From NCBI RefSeq assembly GCF_006345805.1, contig NC_043025.1, forward strand, positions 9,300,001-9,364,000: a stretch of DNA of 64,000 bases, written 5' to 3'. Positions 39,601 to 50,293 of the stretch are shown piece after piece. The notes under the pieces are model-generated. The model was not told where the DNA came from, made no database searches, and was given only the letters and a program-made list of their open reading frames with translations. Position numbers and translations under genes: made by a program. This DNA is from Octopus sinensis (Eukaryota). Position 1 is the first letter of the stretch. The number at the start of each line of letters is the position of its first letter.

Positions 39601-40293
39601 TGATCTAATGATGGAGAACCTGTTCCATTCCTCATTTTCACTTGAAAGATTAGCTTTAAAGTAACTCTATTAAACATGTCGAATTTATTGAAAATTCGTA
39701 AAATAACCACCGAGGTTAACACTTGATAATACGGATAATTTGGAAATATTCAATCGATTTAATATTATCATTTGGAACAAAGAAGCAAAATATGTTGTTG
39801 CTTCGGGGTAAACAGGTGAGTTAATGACAATGTCTTTGTTTGTTTTACATTTTTATTAAGTTTATTGATAGGCTGTTGTTTTTGTTATTGTTGCCGTAGT
39901 TCTTGCTAAAGCAGATATCTACTTTAATCTGGCAGACTTGAGATAAAAAGTGTTTCATGTATCTTAACCATTTTCTAATTTCTCTACTGGCAGAATTGCT
40001 TTGTTATAATTTATTACAACCTACAGAACACATCTTTTATTTTATTGCTGACGTTCTGGTAATTATTTCTTATTGTTGTATGTTTTTCAGGTAGGATTTT
40101 AGGAATTAAAAGTGTCCAGTTGGAAATTATCAAGCATGACAACCCTGGTAACACCGAAGTAAAGGGTTTCCAGACGCTCCGCAAATGGTTTACAGCCTGT
40201 GATCCTGAGAAACGCACATTGAAAACACTCAGAGATGCTCTTCTGGAAGCTGAGTGTTTTGAAGCACTCGAATGTCTACCGCAAACAGAGTGA
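24564..40293 (+). CDS. Gene A: Mind bomb-like ankyrin-repeat / C3HC4 RING / Death-domain protein (multi-exon)
   Basis: Phase-compatible GT-AG exons at 24564-24715, 26394-26550, 28539-29119, 30953-30989, 31955-32164, 33374-33549, 34932-35074, 38234-38305, 39042-39113, 39478-39548 (1 bp short) and 40091-40293. Most are independently supported by the inverted paralog. Start codon unresolved. Confidence 0.85.
24827..25370. mobile_element. Two adjacent family D SINEs in opposite orientation (24827-25035 -, 25046-25370 +)
   Basis: Mutually reverse-complementary bodies lying within an intron of gene A. Confidence 0.75.
26394..26550 (+). CDS. Gene A ankyrin exon 2
   Basis: ttcag|[52 protein letters not shown]|gttag; phase 2 to phase 0. 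Confidence 0.85.
26611..26911 (-). mobile_element. tRNA-derived SINE, family B
   Basis: Reverse complement homolog of 23636-23934. Confidence 0.85.
27572..27800 (+). mobile_element. SINE family C
   Basis: GGCGGCGAGCTGGCAGA..GAGTTCAAATTCC head; ends AATAAAGAAA before (TA)n. Confidence 0.8.
27828..28064 (-). mobile_element. Degenerate Penelope-like GIY-YIG endonuclease fragment
   Basis: [37 protein letters not shown] resembles the PLE motif L.G.C....VIYKA.V..YIG.TE..FK.R.NNHK.SF. Confidence 0.55.
28093..28278 (+). mobile_element. Penelope-like terminal repeat fragment between (TA)n runs, with degenerate hammerhead-like motif
   Basis: Contains CTTTCTGTAGAAGAGCGTAGGCACGAAACGTAAAA; a second copy lies at 15168-15340. 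Confidence 0.5.
28539..29119 (+). CDS. Gene A multi-ankyrin exon 3 (about 6 repeats)
   Basis: ttttcag|[35 protein letters not shown]|gtagg; positional counterpart of the giant exon of gene B. Confidence 0.9.
29955..30126. mobile_element. Foldback/MITE-like palindrome 3
   Basis: About 70-bp inverted arms (TATATCAAGCTAAGGTTAT..TGCAAGGTCATCCA..AACATTTAA / TTAAATGTT..TGGATGACCTTGCA..ATAACCTTAGTTTGATATA). Confidence 0.78.
30485..30529 (-). ncRNA. Minimal type I hammerhead ribozyme (in a Penelope-like repeat, about 30280-30545)
   Basis: Minus strand reads CGUACG-CUGAUGA-C-GGGU-GAAG-ACCC-A-GAAAC-UGCA-GUC-CGUGCG: intact core, 6-bp stem I, stem II, palindromic stem III and a GUC cleavage site. Confidence 0.8.
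30953..30989 (+). CDS. Gene A 37-bp exon ([12 protein letters not shown])
   Basis: tttcag|...|gttagt; same-length paralog at 58300-58336. Confidence 0.8.
31102..31387 (+). mobile_element. tRNA-derived SINE, family A (followed by a related body with another tail to about 31625)
   Basis: A-box TGGCCCAGTGG and B-box TTCGATTCC; inverted near-identical copy at 42990-43296. Confidence 0.85.
31955..32164 (+). CDS. Gene A ankyrin exon ([13 protein letters not shown])
   Basis: 210 bp, [25 protein letters not shown] donor; paralog at 55512-55721. Confidence 0.88.
33374..33549 (+). CDS. Gene A last ankyrin exon (Mind bomb-type pre-RING segment)
   Basis: [58 protein letters not shown]; paralog at 54045-54223. 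Confidence 0.85.
34932..35074 (+). CDS. Gene A RING finger exon (C3HC4)
   Basis: [41 protein letters not shown]; cag| acceptor and |gtaag donor. Confidence 0.92.
35390..35693 (+). mobile_element. tRNA-derived SINE, family B
   Basis: Homolog of 23636-23934. Confidence 0.85.
36402..36803 (-). mobile_element. SINE family E
   Basis: Homolog of 17110-17613. Adjacent 36260-36400 is an RTE-like C-terminal scrap ([12 protein letters not shown]). Confidence 0.78.
38234..38305 (+). CDS. Gene A 72-bp phase-1 cassette exon, copy 1 (linker-like)
   Basis: ttcag|[24 protein letters not shown]|gtgagt; the downstream intron is homologous to those after copies 2 and 3. Confidence 0.65.
38372..38660. repeat. 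About 100-bp intronic tandem repeat (about 3 copies)
   Basis: AACAGGTTCT.TTCCTAATTTCCTATAGAAT recurs at about 38372, 38480 and 38580. Confidence 0.85.
39042..39113 (+). CDS. Gene A 72-bp cassette exon, copy 2 (diverged Death-domain start)
   Basis: ttcag|[23 protein letters not shown]|gtggg. Confidence 0.65.
39478..39548 (+). CDS. Gene A cassette exon, copy 3 (Death-domain start; 71 bp, 1-bp deletion near 39522)
   Basis: ttcag|[22 protein letters not shown]|gtgagt; best match to the intact 72-bp exon of gene B. Confidence 0.7.
40091..40293 (+). CDS. Gene A terminal exon, Death domain
   Basis: [59 protein letters not shown]; matches the W..LG..L..I..NP..L..W..T...L..AL Death-domain pattern. 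Confidence 0.85.
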
Positions 40294-40547
40294 ATTTCTG
40301 TGTAGATATTGTTGTTTAGTCCCAAATCAACCAAACATAGACCTATGATCAAACGCATTCCAGCCATGACCATCCTGTCTTTATCCCTAACGTAGAGGAG
40401 CCAGAAACACATTGTCCAGTGTATTCTTCTTTAAGGTGACAAGATGTGATTAGTGGTGGATTTGGCTACTACTTCTAGTAGAACTCTCTGCCACAAAGAA
40501 ATTCCTTTACTTGTTTGGCTTCTGTGTTGTTAGATGTTAACTTTTGA

Positions 40548-40553
40548 AATAAA
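40548..40553 (+). terminator. Putative poly(A) signal of gene A
   Basis: AATAAA followed by a GT-rich tract; conserved at the equivalent place in gene B (47287-47292, minus strand). Confidence 0.55.
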
Positions 40554-40705
40554 GATAAACTTTGAACTGCTCATTTGTTGCTGTTGTTGTTGTTGTTGTT
40601 GTATGCCTAAACACCTTCCTAAACACTTCCATTCTTATAAAGACAGTTTTAATAGCCTCTGGTATATTCACAGTTATCTCCCTTCATTTCTAGCTTAGAG
40701 TAGGC

Positions 40706-41207
40706 CAGAAGTTCTCAAACTTTTTGAATCAATCGAAGCATAAAAGCAATTCAGACAATTTCCCCGTGGTAACCACCTCACTTCTGTGTGGAACAGCAAC
40801 TTTTGAAAGTCTTCGTCGTTTTCAAAGCAAAGCTGTTGAAACAGGCGAGAGTTCAGAGCATGAGATTTGATTTTATTCGTGGCAGTGATGACCGTGCTTA
40901 GGAAACCGTGAAGACGACCACTGAGGTTTCGTGCAAAAAGACGTCGGTGAATCACGCATTGCATCGTGAATATATCAGGTAGACTGACTTTGAGATCACT
41001 GATGAAGCCGTGATGAGAGCCAGTCATCGATGGTGCACCATCAGTTGCAAAGGCTACAATATTATTCAGTAGGATGTCCTTTTTGTCAATAAAGCTCTTG
41101 ACCACATTGAAAATGGATTCACTCTTGGCATTTGTTTCCAGTAGTCTGGCAAAGAGCAGTTCTTGGTATAAACTTTGCTTTCACAAAACGAACATTTGTC
41201 TGTGCCC
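40706..41207 (-). mobile_element. hAT (Charlie/Buster-like) transposase remnant with one terminus
   Basis: Motifs ATDGAPSMTG, CVIHR, NKIKSHALNSRLFQQLC and LLFHTEVRWL. Terminus CAGAAGTTCTCAAACTTTTT. Segment 40694-40761 is duplicated at 41832-41899. Confidence 0.85.
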
Positions 41208-41255
<48 letters not shown>

Positions 41256-42099
41256 GTATATAAATATGTATGTATGTATGTATATAAGCACACACATATA
41301 CATATGAGTGTGTATTTGTGTTTACAAATGCCACAACCAAATTTTGATAATTCTATATAAGTCACATCACACTAGAATATTGTTTCAATAACAACTGGTA
41401 TCCCTAAAGTTGCAAAATACTGATGAAAGCCGGCCCTGTTAAGTGGAGGAAAGAAAACTAGACAAGTTTTCATACTTGCATGGACAGACGGAAGATAACA
41501 GCCCCTCCCAAGGCCTCCTTTTCCTCTACCTCTCCCCACCCCACTACCGTCCCTTAAACACTTCTCAATTTCTATGCAACATTTTATCAAATCTACTCGT
41601 TGTCTTCTTGGGCTTCTAATCCTCTTTTAGTCAAACACTTTCAAACCTTAATTCAGTTCAATTAAAAAGCATGGGTAAGCAATGCATTGTAAGTTACACT
41701 ATAATTTGGGAATAATTTATCTGCGCGCAGGGTTTGCATCGCTCCTCCGATATCTTTTGCTTTTTCGTCGCTGCCGAACTATTCTTCAAAACTATCCGAA
41801 GCTTCTCTACTCTATAGCACACCCTCTCTAACTTAGAGTAGGCCAGAAGTTCTCAAACTTTTTGAATCAATCGAAGCATAAAAGCAATTCAGACAATTTA
41901 ACTCATTTTTTTGTAAGGAGTATGCCAACACAACCTACCCTATCACGGTTACCACCCCATGTGCGATTTTCTTCATTTGTTTCTGGCAATGAAGAAATAT
42001 TTTTCCTGTTGACATCTGCCGAAATATTTAACCCTACACTTATCAAATATTTTCCTAGACAAGGCTCTTGATTCCGTTCCTTCCTCTGTGGTCCGTTGA

Positions 42100-42340
42100 G
42101 GAGGAGAGGAACGTGTCATGAGGGATCTACAAGCCATATACAGATATGCAATCAGCGAGTAATCGGTTCAAGATAAGTATAGTCTTGAATTCAGTATGAA
42201 GGTAGGCGTGCAACAGGGTTCACTCCAATGTCTTCTTCTGTTGGTTATAATCCTTGAAGCCATAACGGAGGGGTTGAAGAGAAGTTGCCTGTGGGTGCCT
42301 CTTTATGATGATGTTCAAGCTCTTGTAGTTGAATATGATG
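42100..42340 (+). mobile_element. RTE-like RT fragment
   Basis: KVGVQQGS..LLLVIILEAITE..LYDDV, similar to the copy at 63200-64000. Confidence 0.6.
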
Positions 42341-42844
42341 TAGAATTTTTCTGCAATATATGGATAGTTTATCCTGTTCATGCTATTTTATTAGCATTTT
42401 CACGCTTTTGAGAATGTATATTCCAATACATCTCAAAGCTTCTTCATCGTAAAGTTGAATTTAACGTTAGAGTCTTATAAAGCTAGATTTATAAATCCTA
42501 AACTTTCAGAAAAATTCGATACTGAACAGTTTAGCATGAAGGTAAAGCACTTGACGCGTAATCACAGGGATGTGAGTTCATGGGTGGCCGGTAAAGAATT
42601 TTTCTGCAATATATGGATAGTTTATCTTGTTCAGAAACACTGAATTTCTAAATCTCTCGTAGAGACATGTACGGTGGTGGGGCGATATAATGGTAGTATT
42701 CTGTCAATCTAACACGACCGTGACAGTATGGGGGTACACCACCGCTGTTCATTCTATTGTATTTGAGAATGAATTATTTCTGTATCTTCCTGCATTATCT
42801 CAACGCTTCTAAAGCAAACTTTGTTTACTTTCATCGTACAGTTG

Positions 42845-42907
<63 letters not shown>

Positions 42908-42946
42908 TTACCTATCTATCGATCTCTCTCTCTATATATATATATG

Positions 42947-42989
<43 letters not shown>

Positions 42990-42995
<6 letters not shown>

Positions 42996-43295
42996 ATCAC
43001 GTGACCGACCAGACCATCAGATGTTGTTACACATCGCTGGTCACAATGCGTTCGCACTGTTTTAGCCTTCGAATGACGCCACCCCGCTGGCTAGGCGAGC
43101 AGGCCAACAGAAGAAAGAGTGGGAGCAAGAGTGGTGAAAGAGTACGACAGGGATCGCCACCACCCCCTGCCGGAGCCTCGTGGAGCTTTTTAGGTGTTTT
43201 CGCTCAATAAACAATCACAACGCCCGGTCTGGGAATCGAAACCGCGATCCTGCGACCACGAGTCCGCTGCCCTAACCACTAGGCCATTGCGCCTC

Positions 43296-43296
<1 letters not shown>
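42990..43296 (-). mobile_element. tRNA-derived SINE, family A
   Basis: Reverse complement homolog of 31102-31387; flanked by microsatellites. Confidence 0.85.
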
Positions 43297-43376
<80 letters not shown>

Positions 43377-43409
43377 ATGTGTGTGTGTGTGTATCTACAC
43401 ACGTATATA

Positions 43410-43466
<57 letters not shown>

Positions 43467-44464
43467 CAACGCATTTCAGAGTCGATTTTATCGATTATGC
43501 CCCGCATCATCGATTGAAACCTTGTGATTATGTTAGAAATCAGGAAATAATTCAAGGAAGCCGAGCGGGTGGGGGAAAATCTAGTCTAACAGATCTTCTG
43601 GTGATCTTCAGGGAGGGTTTCCTGATTCTGGCCAGAATGGTGAGACGCAGAAAGAAGCGGATTGAGAGGACAAGGTAGACAGCTGTATTTGTGACTAACC
43701 CCTACATGCTGAGGAGAGGAGGGGATACTTAACTCCTTCACGTGCACTTATAGTGACATCAAGAGGGACCAGCTGTTGGTTCAGGCAAGTTACTGTTTAC
43801 ACTGCCAGAACCAACAGTGGAATGGAATCTGAAGGAGTCGAGCATCAGTGAAATGGGAAAAATGATGAGGATGGTGATATTTAGCGCAGCATAGTTGAGC
43901 GGTTTACAATTTCCTAATATAATAATGAGCGTGGTATTTTTATATATTTGTATATATATATATATATATATCTTAGAAGCATTTATAAAATAAATCGACC
44001 TATTTATGGTGTCATCAGATACTTGAAACAGCGAGCAAGGGCCTTCGTATTTGTGTAGTTTTTCCAATAATAATTGAAGAACATTTTAAGTTTTAAGCTA
44101 TGAGCAATATTTGCCTACAGGTGACCTGGCATCAAGTTGAAAACAACCAATTACCCTCACATTTGCGTTGTTTTTCATATAAAAATTGAAGGACATTATG
44201 AAAAGCATCTGTAGAAATATCGTTCTAAGGTGGTTTCATATTATGCTAGAAATAACAGTCAAGCCACCCCTCCCCAAAATTTGTGTTGTCCTTTACAGAA
44301 AAGTGAATCACATTTCAAGAGGCATCTGTAGAAAAATTCACCTATAAGTGGTCTATTAGAAATAACAGCCAATTGCCCTTGAATTTACATTATTGTAATA
44401 CTGCATTTAGATCTGCAGAACGTTTCGTAGACACTTCTAAAAGAATCATGCAATAAAGGAAAGA

Positions 44465-44501
44465 CATCATCGTCACCACCATCATCATCCCCACCACCAA
44501 C

Positions 44502-44535
<34 letters not shown>

Positions 44536-44593
44536 CCATCACCATCATCGTCATCACCATCACCATCATCATCATCATCATCACCACCATCAC

Positions 44594-44637
<44 letters not shown>

Positions 44638-44665
44638 GCATCATCATTATCACCATCACCACGAC

Positions 44666-44715
<50 letters not shown>

Positions 44716-44784
44716 CCACCACCACCACCATCACCATCACCATCACCAGCAGCACCAGCGTCACCACCACTCCACCACCACCAA

Positions 44785-44816
<32 letters not shown>

Positions 44817-44818
44817 TC
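44465..44818. repeat. (CAT/CAC)n compound microsatellite
   Basis: Seen directly; source of the spurious poly-Met ORF. Confidence 0.95.
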
Positions 44819-45832
44819 TGTGCTTTCCATACTTTGATGAATTCAACTATTTATCTATGGGTAACATGTTTTTTTTTCTTGGGTTGTAATTAAAAAAATG
44901 AAAATTACTTTGACAATGTCTGAGCCAACCTAAGATGAAATAAACTGATTTGGGGATCATCACAGTTCCAGGTTATCTCTTGAAGTTTTCTAGTGTCAGT
45001 CGAAGAGTTATAGTTTCTCGATTTTACAAAAACTAACACTTTTAGAAATAAGTTTATTGCTTCACATTAAATTTAAACAAAATAGGTTCCAATAATTCAT
45101 TAAAACAGTAATTTATGCTTTTGTATGACTTTGAGGAAGAAAAATTACGTTTGTTAGTTGCTGTAGTATATTTTACATTGCATATAATGTGTGTGAATAT
45201 AATTTCATCCCACCCAGTTAATGTGGCTAAAAATCAATTAGATATTACGTTATCAATTTATTTAGAATAAGTTTATAAAAAGTTTCAGACGAAATAATTT
45301 GTTTTAATACAAATGATTTTTAATAGTAAATACATATTAATTTCTGAATAAAGAGTTTTGATGTAATTTCAATATTTTTTTATCTAATTTCAAAACAACC
45401 AAGTTTGTTTACGCTTATCACAAGAAAACTACAATAACAAGTCTTCCCATCTTGTTTCGCTTGATTTTGCTGAGAAGAGTTTCCTGTCACATAAATTTAT
45501 TGCCAATGGAAGTCCTTCTCGAAGTTTCTTGTGTTTTACTTAGAATTCCGTCTGAGTTGATGATGTAAAAATCTTGATATTTAATTGTGAACTAAAATGC
45601 AATAAGAATTGAATTGTATGAAGTATTGTAGGGAAAACGAATTAATTTTCATTATCTGAAGTTATTTGTAATGAAGCGGGGTCGCTGTGGGTTTTCCAAA
45701 AACGGTAAAGATCTCCTTCAGCCATGAATGACCTTGGGATTGAGCCAAGAAATTATCCTCCAAGGCATAAGTCCGAGCAGGGTTTTTTTATAGAAGACCA
45801 GCAGTCACCCGTGCATACCAGCTTCCCCCTCC

Positions 45833-45867
<35 letters not shown>

Positions 45868-45871
<4 letters not shown>

Positions 45872-47105
45872 GGTATGTAGAAAAATACAACATGGACAAG
45901 AACGTATAACTCATAGAAGACGATACAATAAACATGGACAGGACATTCGAACCCCTCAGTCTTCAGTCAAGAACCGGATCATCGTAGTAATTTCGGCTGA
46001 TTAATCTTGAGATTACTAGATCACGGCCAGCCCTCCAAGAAAAACTAAGCTGGAAGCGTAGATTTCCTGGAAGAAGGATCGAATGCATACGAACACCAGG
46101 ACAGCAAAAGGGACAGATATAAAAAGACAAAAAACAATAATGGAATACAGAAACATGAAATACAGAAGCATTAACGGTGAAAACAACAAGTGTCTTACGA
46201 CTGATAACAAGCAAACAAATTTTTTCTCTGGCGCATTGGAAAAAGCCTTTATAGCGGCGGACGAAGAACAACGATGTTAACACGACGAGGGTCAGGAGCT
46301 GAAAGGCAGATTTCGGCCAACAGTCACGTGACAGAGAAGAGGGAAAAGAAAAGAAAGAGAAGCAAAGGAAGAGAGAGAGAGAAAAGGGGGACAAAACGCA
46401 ACAAAGAGAGAGAAGAGAGAGAAAGAAGGAATCAGAGAGGAGAAGGGATGGGTGTCGAAGAATGACCTGTGAGTGCAGAGCGAGACAAAGAAATAGGAGG
46501 GTAGTGGAAGACTAGACCAAAGGATCAGAGGAAAGAGAAGATGAATAGAGAGAAAGTAAAAATGAGAGAGAGAGAGAGACAAACAGAGTCGTACCAATTA
46601 TTAAGAATATGTGTTCACATTAATGATAAAGGGGGTACGGGGCGCCTGGAATATATGTTAAGGTATGTAGAAAAATACAACATGGACAAGAACGTATAAC
46701 TCATAGAAGACGATACAATAAACATGGACAGGACATTCGAACCCCTCAGTCTTCAGTCAAGAACCGGATCATCGTAGTAATTTCGGCTGATTAATCTTGA
46801 GATTACTAGATCACGGCCAGCCCTCCAAGAAAAACTAAGCTGGAAGCGTAGATTTCCTGGAAGAAGGATCGAATGCATACGAACACCAGGACAGCAAAAG
46901 GGACAGATATAAAAAAACAAAAAACAATAATGGAATACAGAAACATGAAATACAGAAGCATTAACGGTGAAAACAAAAAGTGTCTTACGACTGATAACAA
47001 GCAAACAAATTTTTTCTCTGGCGCATTGGAAAAAGCCTTTATAGCGGCGGACGAAGAACAACGATGTTAACACGACGAGGGTCAGGAGCTGAAAGGCAGA
47101 TTTCG
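45868..47105. mobile_element. Non-coding element with 448-bp direct repeats (45868-46315, 46658-47105) inserted in (TA)n; Penelope partial-tandem or TRIM-like
   Basis: 790-bp period, only two mismatches seen between copies, purine-rich spacer, (TA)n on both flanks. Confidence 0.7.
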
Positions 47106-47551
47106 ATATATATATATATATATATATCAGTTATTCTACTCTAAGCTAGAAATGAAGGGAGATAACTATGAATATACCATAGGATATTAAAACTGTCTTT
47201 ATAGCAACAGAAGAGTTTAGGAAGGTGTTTAGATATTCAACAATAGCAACAACAACAACAACAAATGAACATTTCAAAAGTTTATCTTTATTTCAAAAGT
47301 TAATCTCTAACAAGGGAACTAAACAAGTAAAGAGGTCTCTATGTGGTGGTTAGATCTGCTAGAGGTAGTAGCCAAATCCACATCAATTTACAAATTATCA
47401 TCTAAAAGAAGAATAATGTTGACAATATGTTTCTGGCTCCTCTACATTAAGGATAAAGACAGAGTGGTCATGGCTGGAATGCCATCCCCACCCTATCACA
47501 GATCTCTGTCTGGTTGACCGGGGACTAAATAAACAGTATTTACACAGAAAT

Positions 47552-47754
47552 TCACTCTGTCTGAGGTTGATATTCAAGTACGTCCAAGCACTCAGCTTTC
47601 AGAAGAGCTTCTCTGAGTGTTGTGAATGTGAATTCTTCTGGAGCACAAGTTGCCGACCATTTGCGGAGCATCTGGAAGCTCTGTTCTGTACTGTTATTTA
47701 AATTTTCAATCTTGATCTTTTCCAACTGGACATTTTTAATTCCTAAAATATCAC
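47552..47754 (-). CDS. Gene B terminal Death-domain exon
   Basis: GDILGIKNVQLEKIKIENLNNSTEQSFQMLRKWS..TFTTLREALLKAECLDVLEYQPQTE*. Confidence 0.85.
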
Positions 47755-50260
47755 CTGCAAAACATACAACAATAAGAAATAATTGCAACAACATCAACAA
47801 TAAAATAAAAGACGTGTTCTGTAGTTTGTAATAAATTATAACAAAGAAATTATATCAGTTGAGAAATTTTAACAATAATTAAGAAACATGAATAATATAA
47901 GACAGTGTTCTCAATTTCTCAGAATCGTGATTAAAAGTTAACAAAGAAGTTGAAATAAAAGATAAAGATGGAGAAGAAATTAAAGGAAATTAATTGAAAA
48001 TTACTCTTGAGAAAATTTATGGTAAACAGATGGCAGGAAAATGGTTTGCATAGGCAAAAGTGTCACCAACTTTGACACCATTTCATCCATCGTTGCATTT
48101 TCTCTGCCTTCTATTCCTGGGAGGGTATTCAGGCCCCTCCTTCATAGGCTCCTATCAAAAGCAATTATCATTAGTCTTCGTGGCAAGATTCCCAAGTATA
48201 ACCAAGAGAGACTATTTTTTTTTGTTCCTTCTCGAGCCATGCCTGGCTCATAAGAGCCGGTTTCCCGGTTTCTTGACGTATAGGTTCCCCACCTGGACGG
48301 AACGCCGTTCCATCGCAGGTGAGCTGCTGCAAGATGCAGGAGGAAAGAGTGAGAGAAAGTTGTGGCGAAAGTTTCAGCAGAATTTTCGCCATTACCCTCT
48401 GCCGGAGCCGCTTGGAGATTAGAGGTTTTCGCTCATAAACACACACATCGCCTGGTCTGAGATTCGAACCCGCGATCCCTCGACCGCTCTAACCACTAGT
48501 CCATGTGCCTCCACAACAGAGACTATGGATATTATCCAACCATCTCATTCTTGATCTGCTGCTAAGTCTTCTGCCATTTGGTTCAGCTTGAAGAATCCAT
48601 CTTGCAGTTCTTTCCTGCAACATTCTAATCTGATATCTGTAGAAGCAGAACTGTAGAGATTTAGTCGCTCAACCTGAAGAGACTTCCAGATCTCTGCGTT
48701 GTGTGCATCTTTTGAGCAACCTAACACCAGAGACCCTTTAGAGGAATCCCATTTCGGCTGCTTGGTCTCATCACATGATCAACACCTGAAATAGTCATCA
48801 GTGCTTCTACTCCTACTCTCACTAAATAGTAATTACAACACATCAACCAATTAATATACAAATAGATATGATACGAGAATGATTTCAACTACGCAGAGTA
48901 CAAAATATACGTTATATATTTTGGAAGACACCAGATTAACCGTTCTGGGTTCATGATTCGTAATAAGTATTTCTTTTACTGGAACAATGCCACAATTTAG
49001 AGAGAAGTCGATAATGGAGAGGTTTTAGAGTAAAGCTGGCAAAGAGAAGAGTTTTAGTTTTGTAGGAAAGAAGACAGAAGTCACCATCATCTACACCATA
49101 CACATGCAGACGCTTAGGGCCTGAAGGAATCACTGCATCTACCAACATCTCCATCATCTGGGAAGTTATCATATTTGATAAGCAGGAAGGTAGAAGGGGT
49201 TAATGGGGATTCTAAACTGTGTACTCAATGCACACAATAAGTAATGTGAGGTCAGAGGTAGGTTGATGGAGAGGAAGGTGTTTGTGAGTAGTAGATATAC
49301 AGGAATATTTAGTTGTAAGAACAACTGTGAAAGGCATGGACGACAGTTTCTGTTACCTAGGTGACATAGTTAGGAGTGGAGGAGACTATTCTGAAAGCAA
49401 TGGGATTAGAGAAAAAATGAGGTGGCAAACTGTGCGGGGAGCTGTTTGTTATCCTTGCTGACAAATAAAATGTCACACAAACTGCCCACTCTTGGGTTAA
49501 CGACGTTGCATTTGATAATGTGGTCCTCTTCTCCTAAGGGAAAGAATGATGTCACACCTGGAACACTTTTCTTCTGACGACGTCTGCCAGATTAAGGCAG
49601 ATATCTGCATCAACAACAACAACAACCTACCAGTGAACTTAGTAAAAATCTAAAGAAACAAAATCATTGACATTAACTCATCTGTTTGTACATAAACAAC
49701 AACATATTTTAGATCCCTACTTTAAAAGAGAATATTAAATCTTTTGTGTCTTCTAATTAATCCATTGTACCAACCATGTAAACTCGATTTTATGAAGTTT
49801 CTTTCATAGAATTACTTAACAGCTAAACTTTCAATTGGAAATTAAAAGAATGGAAACTGTTCTCAATCATTCTAACAAACAAAAGCTTAAGGGAAGGCAA
49901 AATTTATAAAAATCAATTAGGCATTATATACTCACCAACTTCTCGCCATTTACTCCCTAACTTATTTGCAACCTTTTGAATATGTATCTCCTTCAATTTT
50001 AGGGACACTGAAATAAATAGTTCCAACTTTTATGCATCATGCTATAATTTATTTATATATAAAAGAATTTATTTGTCTCTATTAAAATATCATCGATAAT
50101 CATATAATGTAGAAATTATCACATTTAATTATCACTTGATAACACTGTTCTTAGTTTTATCTTTCCTTTCTTATATCTGTGCCAAATCAATGGCATGGCA
50201 TTTTCCTCACATCTCTACACTTCACTAACCAACATTCTTCTCATTTTCTGCTTAATTCAA

Positions 50261-50293
<33 letters not shown>

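Noticed and set aside
24564-40293. Assigning the symbol mib1 or mib2
   Set aside because: No MIB-HERC2, ZZ or REP domains are seen, there is only one RING and an extra Death domain, so orthology is unsupported.
44390-44830. Poly-Met 146-aa ORF
   Set aside because: Reverse translation of a (CAT)n microsatellite.
48545-48786. Possible extra or alternative terminal exon of gene B
   Set aside because: It has an acceptor-like TTTCAG, but the phase-1 frame stops early, there is no counterpart in gene A and no motif is recognisable.
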